Part shown: in pieces, positions 54,070 through 61,647 of the stretch
How the letters are laid out: every line of letters starts with the position of its first letter
How positions within the stretch are numbered: position 1 is the stretch's first letter
Source: Solirubrobacterales bacterium
GTDB taxonomy: Bacteria > Actinomycetota > Thermoleophilia > Solirubrobacterales > 70-9
Direction: 5' to 3'
Assembly: GCA_050697075.1 (NCBI GenBank)
Contig: JBOGZC010000003.1
Coordinates: 846 to 64,845 of the forward strand
Length of the DNA stretch: 64,000 nucleotides
Translations under genes and position numbers: made by a program
The notes under the pieces: generated by a model
Database searches by the model: none
Seen by the model: only the letters and a program-made list of their open reading frames with translations
Told to the model about the DNA's origin: nothing

Positions 54070-55264
54070 TTAGGAACTCAAATTCCTCGGTCTGGTTCGA
54101 AGGTTCGGTGTCCGAGGGGGGCACCCGATACGACAGGAAGGCTTCGATCTCCTCTTGAGCCACGCCAGTCATCGCCGAGGCCCCTGACAGGGTTATGCGC
54201 TCGGCATCGAAGGCACGCCGTAGCAGGCGAAGAAAGCGCCGAGGGAACCTTGCCAATCCCCAGCGGCGGGGGCTCTGCATCCACTCGTCCGGCTCGGTTG
54301 AGTAGCCAAGGCTCTCTGCGAGCCGCACAGGCGCGACTTGGCGCATCCGTTCGATGTCAGGCGCATCGGCCAGACCCGCGGCCCCGAGCCGCACGAGCAT
54401 CGTCAAGTAGGAAACTCCGAAGTATCTCTGCAGGTGGACGACCGTCTCGGGGTCCCGTATCCGCACTTCCCCGAAAGCCTCGACGGCGGAGCGCAGGCTC
54501 TGCGCCGGAACAAGGAACTCCGCGGCGAAGGCATTAGCGAACCGCTCGCCCGCCTCGCGGCGCCCGAAATAGTCAACGTAGAGCGCGTCGCCATGAAAGA
54601 GCGCGTGGCCCAGTTCATGGGCGAAAGTGAACTGGCGCCGCCCGGGTGTCGTCTCGGCGTTGATCAGGATTGAGAAGCCGACGCCGCCATGGGGGACGAA
54701 AGCGCCGGAGACCGTCCTCTTGAGATCGTCACCGAGCGGGGCTAGGTAGACCGTGATTCCGATGCGGTCCGCGAGCGACAGCAAGTCACCAACAGGGCCG
54801 GTGCCTAGGCCGAATAGCGCGCGGGCGTCCTGCGCCTTGCGGCGGATGTCCTCCCTGGTCGTGAAGCCCCGTGACAGGTGAAACGGCGGCTCCATGAGCC
54901 CGGGCTCCTCACCGAGGGCATCGAGAAACCCCGCATAGTCGTCGAGAAAGCCCAGGTAGCCTTGGATCTCGGCCTTTCCGCGGGCATCAAGGCGATCGCC
55001 AGCGTCTCTGAACAGCAGCTGCTCGAACTCAACCCGCGGGCGTTCCTCCGCACCCAGCAGCTCGTCGAGCGGTATGCGGTAGATAGCCGAGAGCTTGCTC
55101 AGCTGATGGCTGTTGGGCTCACGCTCACCGCTCTCCCACATCGAGATCACGGGGCGCTGCTGGCCGATGAGCGCGGCAACGTCATCCTGGGTAAAGCCCA
55201 CGCGTTCCCTCGCGCTGGCAAGCGCTTGCGGAAGGTCCGTGGCCGGTGGCGTCATTGTCGGCAT
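54050..55264 (-). CDS. XRE-family HTH fused to an ImmA/IrrE (COG2856, DUF955) zinc metallopeptidase
   Basis: HTH: LASARERVGFTQDDVAALIGQQRPVISMWESGEREP. Peptidase: RRQFTFAHELGHALFHGD (HExxH). Confidence 0.85.
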   Translation of the reverse strand: MPTMTPPATDLPQALASARERVGFTQDDVAALIGQQRPVISMWESGEREPNSHQLSKLSAIYRIPLDELLGAEERPRVEFEQLLFRDAGDRLDARGKAEIQGYLGFLDDYAGFLDALGEEPGLMEPPFHLSRGFTTREDIRRKAQDARALFGLGTGPVGDLLSLADRIGITVYLAPLGDDLKRTVSGAFVPHGGVGFSILINAETTPGRRQFTFAHELGHALFHGDALYVDYFGRREAGERFANAFAAEFLVPAQSLRSAVEAFGEVRIRDPETVVHLQRYFGVSYLTMLVRLGAAGLADAPDIERMRQVAPVRLAESLGYSTEPDEWMQSPRRWGLARFPRRFLRLLRRAFDAERITLSGASAMTGVAQEEIEAFLSYRVPPSDTEPSNQTEEFEFLSESARP

Positions 55265-55271
55265 GCCTCCA

Positions 55272-55309
55272 TGTTACACTCTCAGCAGATCCAACTTGAT
55301 TCGGTAACA
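55272..55309. promoter_or_regulatory. TGTTAC-N26-GTAACA inverted repeat plus a TACACT box in the 67-bp divergent intergenic region
   Basis: Locally AT-richer stretch between the XRE-ImmA start (55264) and the Ubl start (55332). Short, so only a weak operator candidate. Confidence 0.3.
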
Positions 55310-55331
55310 GAAACCGAAGGAGGTGAAGCAG

Positions 55332-55565
55332 ATGTCTTCCACGACCCAAACGACGGTGACGGTGACGATCGAGGGCTCCGAGTACGAGCTCGAGGATCGC
55401 GAGTACAAGGGATCGGAGGTACGCGAGCTGGCAGGTCTTGAGAACCGCGACAAGCTCGTCCGGGAGGAAGCCGACGGGTCAGAGACGGCGATCCCTCCGG
55501 GCAGGAAGATCCGCCCCACGGACGGTGCCAACTTCTACATCTCGATCCGATTTCGTCGTGGCTGA
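55332..55565 (+). CDS. ubiquitin-like beta-grasp protein (Multiubiquitin-family-like), 77 aa, ends in Gly
   Basis: GAAGGAGG 9 nt upstream. MSSTTQTTVTVTIEGSEYELEDREYKGSEVRELAGL...IRPTDGANFYISIRFRRG*. The gene context with E2, JAB and E1 supports the call. Confidence 0.6.
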   Translation: MSSTTQTTVTVTIEGSEYELEDREYKGSEVRELAGLENRDKLVREEADGSETAIPPGRKIRPTDGANFYISIRFRRG

Positions 55566-55983
55566 GACGGAAGCGGCCGTGATGCATCCGCGGCTCGCCG
55601 AGGAGTGGTCCGAACTCTGCGGGCTTCACCCAACGGCAACCCACGCCCTCGAGCCGGAGCGGCTCGAACTGGTTTTGCAGCTGGCGCTGGACATTTACTC
55701 GCAGAGCGACACTCCGGTGGCGGTCCTGGTTCCCCCCGGCTACCGCACGACGGGCCCGGATGGGTTCCTTGTCCCAAACGGGCTGGTCTTTTCCGATGGC
55801 AGTCCTTTGCCGGTATCCGACGGAGCTGGCATCGGGATGCCCGGATGGCTCTTGGTCTCGTTTCACCACACCGATGAGAATGGCGCCTCGACTTGGAGGC
55901 CGACCGCTGACTTTCGCGTCGGGGACAACCTCATCGGCTACCTATCCTCAATCGAGCACTTCCTCGCGCACCGCTGCAACTGA
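55558..55983 (+). CDS. prokaryotic E2/UBC-fold protein (Prok-E2 family-E-like)
   Basis: GTG overlaps the Ubl stop (GTGGCTGA). PPGYRTTGPDGFLVP....GWLLVSFHH....WRPT....LIGYLSSIEHFL follows the UBC landmark order. Confidence 0.55.
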   Translation: MAETEAAVMHPRLAEEWSELCGLHPTATHALEPERLELVLQLALDIYSQSDTPVAVLVPPGYRTTGPDGFLVPNGLVFSDGSPLPVSDGAGIGMPGWLLVSFHHTDENGASTWRPTADFRVGDNLIGYLSSIEHFLAHRCN

Positions 55984-57329
55984 TGGAATTGCGCGTAGCG
56001 ACCCACGATCTTCGCACGCTACATCAGGAGCTGCTCGCCGTAGCTCCGGCCGAGGGAGCCGCCTTTCTCTCGGTCGAGCCCGCGGGGCCGAATTTCGTCA
56101 TGCGCGCGGCGCGGGTCTTCGGAACCGAGGACGCGGATCCCGGGGGCGGGGCCGCGATCCAGATTGAAGAGGAGGCGAAGGTTGCTGCGCTCGCCGAGAT
56201 AAAGCGCGCTGGCCACGCTGCGGTCGAGGTCCATACGCATCCCCGTGCGGACCGACAAGTGGCCTTCTCGCGCTTCGATGAGGCCGAGCTGCCAACGTTC
56301 GCTCAGTACGTTCGGCGAAAGATCCCGAACCGCCCTTTCGGAGCCTTAGTCTTTGGCCGGCGGTCGTACGCGGGACGAGTGTTCGATGTAGACGGGAACC
56401 CTGGACCCATGGATCTTCTGGCGGTCGGCGAGTTCCAGGCAAGACCTGAGTGGCTGAGGGCGGGGGCTGCGGCCAAGAGTTCGGAACTTGAGATTGCGTC
56501 GCGCTTTGACCGGCAGGTTCGAGCTCTCGGCCCGACGGGCCAAAGCGTGCTCCAGAGTCTTCGGGTGGGAGTCGTTGGCCTCGGAGGCACAGGCAGCGTC
56601 GTCGTTCAACAGCTCGCCCACCTAGGAATCAAACGATTTGTCCTTGTCGACGACGACCGCGTCGAAGCCACGAACCTTCACCGCCTTGCCGGCGGATCGT
56701 GGCGCGATGCACGGCTTCGCCGGCGTAAGTCCTCCGTCGCGCGGCGACTAATCCATCGTGTTTCTCGCAAGTCAACGGTCGAGACGTTCGGCAACCTTCG
56801 GTCCGCCGATGCGATCGACGCGTTGAAGAACGTCGACGTAATCATCGGCTGCGTGGACAACGACGGCGCTCGTTTGATCATGACCGAGCTCGCCGCCGCC
56901 TACCTGATTCCTTACCTCGATATAGGAGTCGGCATCGAACAAAATGGGCCACCCTCCTTTGGGGGACGGACGGGCTTCTTCTTGCCCGGCGGCCCCTGCC
57001 TGGCCTGCGCTGATGAGCTTGACTTCGCAGAAGCGGCAGAGGATCTCGAATCGGCTGCCCAACGCTCCGTGCGCCAAGTCCGCGGCTACGCTCGGGACCG
57101 CCGCGTCGAACCGGCGCTAATGCCGCTCAACACCGCGATCGCAGGAATCGCAATCATGGAACTTCTCGCGTTTGCGACAGGCGTCGATCGAGTGCGGCCG
57201 TATCAACGGTACGACGCGTTCGCCCGTCGGTGGGTTCCTGCCAACGCCGAGCGCGATAACCAATGCCCGGTATGTGGTCCTGCGCGCGCGATGGGCGATC
57301 GACTTCGGATCGAGCGTTACGCCGCATAG
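55983..57329 (+). CDS. JAB/JAMM deubiquitinase-like domain fused to a ThiF/MoeB-type E1 adenylyltransferase
   Basis: ATG overlaps the E2 stop (TGATG). JAMM-like AVEVHTHPRADRQVAFSRFD. E1: VGVVGLGGTGSVVVQQLAHLGI..FVLVDDD, VIIGCVDNDGARL, CxxC pairs CLAC and CPVC. Confidence 0.85.
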   Translation: MELRVATHDLRTLHQELLAVAPAEGAAFLSVEPAGPNFVMRAARVFGTEDADPGGGAAIQIEEEAKVAALAEIKRAGHAAVEVHTHPRADRQVAFSRFDEAELPTFAQYVRRKIPNRPFGALVFGRRSYAGRVFDVDGNPGPMDLLAVGEFQARPEWLRAGAAAKSSELEIASRFDRQVRALGPTGQSVLQSLRVGVVGLGGTGSVVVQQLAHLGIKRFVLVDDDRVEATNLHRLAGGSWRDARLRRRKSSVARRLIHRVSRKSTVETFGNLRSADAIDALKNVDVIIGCVDNDGARLIMTELAAAYLIPYLDIGVGIEQNGPPSFGGRTGFFLPGGPCLACADELDFAEAAEDLESAAQRSVRQVRGYARDRRVEPALMPLNTAIAGIAIMELLAFATGVDRVRPYQRYDAFARRWVPANAERDNQCPVCGPARAMGDRLRIERYAA

Positions 57330-57459
57330 TCGCGCGATAGCCGCGTTGCCCGGAACTGGGTCATACCCGCTCCGGGGACTCACCGTACCGGTGCGTTCAC
57401 AGGGGCGAGATCCTAGGGCTGCAATGACTCAGCTAGCCCGCTGTCACTAAGGGCGGTTC

Positions 57460-57699
57460 TCAGCCCTTTGGCGGATACGGATCATGTCCTGGAGGCACCG
57501 TGTCCTTGTCCCGGATGCGACCGTCCCTACCTTGCGTCACAAGCTCGCCGCCACCGTCGTTATGGAGGTAACGACGTGCCGCGCCTTGGGCGTCAGCCTG
57601 AGTGTCGTGGTGCGACGACGCTCGCGACGCGCCGGGCTTGTGAACGCTCCAACCGCCTTCTGTATCGGGTGAAACGGTGCGTCGATTTGCTCTTGCCAT
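57460..57699 (-). CDS. DUF2188 family protein
   Basis: ...VSPDTEGGWSVHKPGASRASS.HDTQADAQGAARRYLHNDGGGELVTQGRDGRIRDKDTV. Confidence 0.55.
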   Translation of the reverse strand: MARANRRTVSPDTEGGWSVHKPGASRASSHHDTQADAQGAARRYLHNDGGGELVTQGRDGRIRDKDTVPPGHDPYPPKG

Positions 57700-57824
57700 G
57701 AACCTATGGTGGCTCACCCAGCGGACAGACCGCTTTAGGCATCGAGCCAGACCGGCACCATGATGAGATCATCATCCCCTTGGCGACTGAAAAGGCCACC
57801 GATTTCGCATACGGGGAGCAGGAA

Positions 57825-59159
57825 ATGGCTCGTGTCTGGGTTCCGGAACCCGATCAGACCCCTGGCGATCTCCGCGATCCGTTCGAGCGCGACCGTGCAC
57901 GGATCATTCACAGCGTGGCGTTCCGTCGGCTTCAGGGAAAGACGCAGATCTTTACGAGTTCGACGGACTTTCTCAGGACTCGTGTGACCCACACGATCGA
58001 GGTAGCGCAGATCGGACGGGCGCTCGCGAAGACCTTTGGAGTTAATGACAGTCTGGTTGAGGCAACCTGCTTGGGGCATGATCTCGGTCATCCGCCATTC
58101 GGACATACGGGCGAGGAGGTGCTCGCCGAGCTGTTGCGCGAGGTGGCTAGCACCTTGGATAGCGGAGAGCTTCAGCGATCCGAGTCGGACCCTGAGGAAC
58201 ATCCCGGCTCGTTCGAGGGAAACGCGCAGAGTTTTCGCATCGTCACGCGCCTAGAGCAGAAGAGCGCAGACTATCCGGGTCTCGACCTATGTCGAGCAAC
58301 TCTTCTCGGCCTCATCAAGTACCCATATCGTGGAAGCGCTGGTCATTCCAAATTCCTCTACGACGACGATGCGGAAGCCTACGAGGAGTGGCTATTCGAG
58401 GGCACCGGGCACAGGTTGCTCACCGCGTTTGACCCATTGGACGAGCCACCCCGAACGTTGCCCTGCCAACTCATGGACTGGGCCGACGACATCGCCTACT
58501 CAGTCCATGATCTCGAGGACGGGATCGCGAGTGAGATGCTGCAACCGTGGCGTTGGAATACAGACAGCTTTATCCAAACGATCTGCGACGCGACCGCGGA
58601 CGCGCCGATCCGATGGCGGGAAGGCAAGCCCCCGTCGGCGGATGTCATCGCGCCAATCGTCGACGATCTGCGGCGGCGGCTAACGGATCCGCTCGGCGAT
58701 GCGGAGACAGTGCCTCCTGACGTCATCCGTGACGTGACCCGCCACTACATAGACAAGTTCGCGACCGCACCGACGCTCCGCCGCATTGGCCCAGGTGACT
58801 CTCTGTTCGATTACAAGCTTGAGATCGATGAGGCCATCAGGATCGAGAACCAGGTCCTTAAGACGATCACCTTCGAATTCGTGATCGACGACGCTGAGAC
58901 TCGGCGGCTCGGTTTTAAGGGCAAGGAGATCCTGCGAAGCCTGTTCGGAGCACTGTTCGAGAACACCCTGCCGGTTGCGGGACGAAGTCGGCTCCGGTTG
59001 TTTCCGAGGGGGATGCGAGACAGCCTCGATACCCTCTCGGCCACGCAGGCTGCGCGCGCAGTCTGCGACTATCTCGCTGGGATGACCGAGGGCCAAGCGC
59101 TCCACCTTTACGCCCGCCTATTCGAGCCCTCAGCGGTAGCTGAATTTGGACATGTCTAG
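57825..59159 (+). CDS. dgt: dGTP triphosphohydrolase-like HD-domain protein (dGTPase family)
   Basis: FERDRARIIHSVAFRRLQGKTQIF...RVTHTIEVAQIGR...CLGHDLGHPPFGHTGEE...DWADDIAYSVHDLEDG. Start could also be TTG 57780. Confidence 0.85.
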   Translation: MARVWVPEPDQTPGDLRDPFERDRARIIHSVAFRRLQGKTQIFTSSTDFLRTRVTHTIEVAQIGRALAKTFGVNDSLVEATCLGHDLGHPPFGHTGEEVLAELLREVASTLDSGELQRSESDPEEHPGSFEGNAQSFRIVTRLEQKSADYPGLDLCRATLLGLIKYPYRGSAGHSKFLYDDDAEAYEEWLFEGTGHRLLTAFDPLDEPPRTLPCQLMDWADDIAYSVHDLEDGIASEMLQPWRWNTDSFIQTICDATADAPIRWREGKPPSADVIAPIVDDLRRRLTDPLGDAETVPPDVIRDVTRHYIDKFATAPTLRRIGPGDSLFDYKLEIDEAIRIENQVLKTITFEFVIDDAETRRLGFKGKEILRSLFGALFENTLPVAGRSRLRLFPRGMRDSLDTLSATQAARAVCDYLAGMTEGQALHLYARLFEPSAVAEFGHV

Positions 59160-59269
59160 CGATCTCTTGAATGCCGATAGGCATCAGTCGTCCCGCGAGA
59201 GCTTCCGTCCGAGCTGCGGGGAATGCTGTGGAAGTGGCATTTCGCATTCCCCGCGCCAGGACTAGAGCG

Positions 59270-59536
59270 ATGGCCACGGCGGAGGTTCGAATCAGTCCGG
59301 GAAAGGCTGGCTGGGTCGTAGTGGGACCGGATAAGCAGGAAAGCGAGGGCTACCACCGCCAGCACGATGCGCGCGCCCGGGCGCGGAGGCTTGTGCAGGA
59401 CAGCGGGGGCGGCGAAGTCGTGATCCGGTCACGAAGCGGCCGGATTGTCGAGCGCCAGACCGTCCCGAAGGCGCCGGCCATCTTCGGCTCCCACGGTCGG
59501 CGCCAGCTGTTTTCTACCGCGAGAGCCAAGCGCTAG
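59270..59536 (+). CDS. DUF2188 family protein, paralog of 57460..57699
   Basis: ...RISPGKAGWVVVGPDKQESEGYHRQHDARARARRLVQDSGGGEVVIRSRSGRIVERQTV. Confidence 0.5.
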   Translation: MATAEVRISPGKAGWVVVGPDKQESEGYHRQHDARARARRLVQDSGGGEVVIRSRSGRIVERQTVPKAPAIFGSHGRRQLFSTARAKR

Positions 59537-59635
59537 CGGCTCCCCGAACGAAACGAGTTTCGCGGATCCAGTCCGCGTGCCCGTCCGCCTATGGAACCTG
59601 CCGTGCCCAACCCTAACCGGAGCTAATGTCGGCGC

Positions 59636-59875
59636 ATGGGGCAGGTCTCCGATCAAGAGATCAGGCAGATACTCGAGACGGCAGCCGATCCAGAGCCGGG
59701 ATCGTGGCTCGTCGGGCTGACGGTCGTCCTTCGCAGCTCCGAGGAGATCGAGGGAACAGTGAAGCTGCTTGAGGATGACGAGGTGCTGATGCATACGGAC
59801 GCCGGGGAACGACGTGCCCGGATCGAGGAGATCGAGAACGTGATCATGCACTTCCAGTCTCAGGGCCCGGAGTAG
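59636..59875 (+). CDS. small acidic hypothetical protein
   Basis: 79-aa ORF with reasonable composition. No recognisable motif. Confidence 0.35.
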   Translation: MGQVSDQEIRQILETAADPEPGSWLVGLTVVLRSSEEIEGTVKLLEDDEVLMHTDAGERRARIEEIENVIMHFQSQGPE

Positions 59876-60002
59876 GCCCACCGCGGACTAGGGCCCCCGC
59901 CCAACTAGTCCCACACGCGGGCCCGCGGGTCCCGTTCTCCAGGTAGTCGCGCGTCGACCGACTTCTTCGGTCCGTCTTCCCGTTGCGTCCGATAGTCGCC
60001 CC

Positions 60003-61196
60003 ATGGCTATCCGACAACTCACCTCCCAAACCGTCCCGATCCACAACCTGAAGCCGTATCCAGGCAACCCACGGCGTGGCGACATCGCCGCGATCAGGGA
60101 GAGCCTGGAGCAGAACGGCCTCTACAGGCCAATAGTCGCCCGGCGAGCCACCAGCGAGGTTCTCGCGGGCAACCACACGCTCGCCGCGGCGAAGGAGCTC
60201 AACTGGACAGAGATCGCGGTCACCTACGTCGACTGCGACGCCGAGCAGGCAAAGCGAATCGTGCTTGCAGACAACCGAACAAACGACTTGGCCGGCTACG
60301 ACGACCAGGCCCTCGTCGAGCTGATCACCGAGCTCCCGGACCTCGCCGGCACCGGCTACGACCAGGCCGCGCTCGACTCGCTCCTCGACGAGCTCGAGCC
60401 GGAACCACTCACGGAGGACGACGTCCCCCCTCCCCCCATCGCGCCGCGGACCTGTCCCGGGGACCTCTACGAGCTGGGGCCTCACAGACTGTTATGCGGG
60501 GACGCGCGCGATCCCTCCGCCTATCAGCGGCTCCTTGGCGACAAGCGCCCCGCTCTACTCTGGACCGATCCGCCCTACGGGGTCGACTACGAGGGAAAGA
60601 CGAAGGCGAAGCTCCGGATCGCCAACGACCGCTCCAACGGTCTTGACTCCCTCCTCCGAGACTCCTTCGCGGCAGTGAACGAGGTTCTGACCGACGGCGC
60701 CCCGCTCTACCTCGCCGCCCCCGGCGGTCGCCTCCTCCTCGCCTTTGCCCAGGCGTTCCTGGACGTCGGGTGGGACCTCCGTCAAAGCTTGGTTTGGGTC
60801 AAGGACGCAATGGTCCTCGGCCGCTCCGACTACCACTACCGGCACGAGCTGCTGCTGTATGGGTTCAAGCTGGGTCGGGGCCGACTTGGCAGGGGCGGGA
60901 AGGCCTGGCACGGCGGTGACTCGGAGACGAGCGTGTTCGAAGTCGACCGCCCACGAGCAAGTCGGGAGCATCCGACGATGAAGCCGGTCGAGCTGATCGA
61001 GCGGGCGTTGCTGAATTCCTCTCGTCGTGGCGCGGTCGTCCTGGACCCGTTCGCGGGCTCGGGTTCGACGCTTGTCGCCTGCGAGCGGACCGGGCGAAGG
61101 GCCTACCTAGTCGAGCTCGACCCTCGCTACTGCGACGTCGTCTGTGAACGCTGGGAGCGCCTTGTCGGCAAGAAGGCGCGGGTGGAGCGTGGCTAG
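60003..61196 (+). CDS. ParB-like nuclease domain fused to a beta-class N6A/N4C DNA methyltransferase
   Basis: ParB N-domain (NPRRGDIAAIRESLEQNGLYRPIVA..GNHTLAAAKEL). Motif IV WTDPPYG precedes motif I DPFAGSGSTLVA. Confidence 0.9.
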   Translation: MAIRQLTSQTVPIHNLKPYPGNPRRGDIAAIRESLEQNGLYRPIVARRATSEVLAGNHTLAAAKELNWTEIAVTYVDCDAEQAKRIVLADNRTNDLAGYDDQALVELITELPDLAGTGYDQAALDSLLDELEPEPLTEDDVPPPPIAPRTCPGDLYELGPHRLLCGDARDPSAYQRLLGDKRPALLWTDPPYGVDYEGKTKAKLRIANDRSNGLDSLLRDSFAAVNEVLTDGAPLYLAAPGGRLLLAFAQAFLDVGWDLRQSLVWVKDAMVLGRSDYHYRHELLLYGFKLGRGRLGRGGKAWHGGDSETSVFEVDRPRASREHPTMKPVELIERALLNSSRRGAVVLDPFAGSGSTLVACERTGRRAYLVELDPRYCDVVCERWERLVGKKARVERG

Positions 61197-61647
61197 GCCG
61201 ACCAAGCTCACCCCGGAGGTAAAGCAGCGGATCGTCCAGGCGGTCCGGGCCGGCAACTACGCCGAGACCTCGGCGCGCTCGGCTGGCGTCTCCTCGGCCA
61301 CCTACTACCGGTGGATGAAGCGCGGCGAGCGCGAGTCAAAGGGGATCTACCACGACTTCTTTGAGGAGGTAAAGCGGGCCGAAGCAGAGGCCGAGGTCCA
61401 CGCGGTGGCGGTGATCCGCAGGGAGATCGCCGACGGCGATTGGCGCGCCGCCGCCCACTACCTGGAGCGCCGACACCCCGACCGGTGGCGACGACGAGAG
61501 ACGCTCGAGCACGACGGCGCCTCCCGGCTCGTAATCAGTGCCGAGGACGTCGGCGACCCGAAGACGAGAAAGGAGCTACGTGAGATCACCCGCCGAATTG
61601 CAGACGCTCGCCAGAGCGGGGCCGGCGGCACTCGGGGTCCTGACTGA
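61189..61647 (+). CDS. phage terminase small subunit-like HTH protein
   Basis: GTG overlaps the methylase stop (GTGGCTAG). ...KLTPEVKQRIVQAVRAGNYAETSARSAGVSSATYYRWMKRGE... Confidence 0.6.
   Translation: MARPTKLTPEVKQRIVQAVRAGNYAETSARSAGVSSATYYRWMKRGERESKGIYHDFFEEVKRAEAEAEVHAVAVIRREIADGDWRAAAHYLERRHPDRWRRRETLEHDGASRLVISAEDVGDPKTRKELREITRRIADARQSGAGGTRGPD

Noticed and set aside
55332-57329. Interpreting the Ubl plus E1 genes as a MoaD/ThiS-MoeB/ThiF sulfur-carrier biosynthetic pair.
   Set aside because: A JAMM domain is fused to the E1 and an E2-fold gene sits between them. No moaE, thiG, thiS or cysO partners are nearby, and the locus sits in phage-like, defense-type context.
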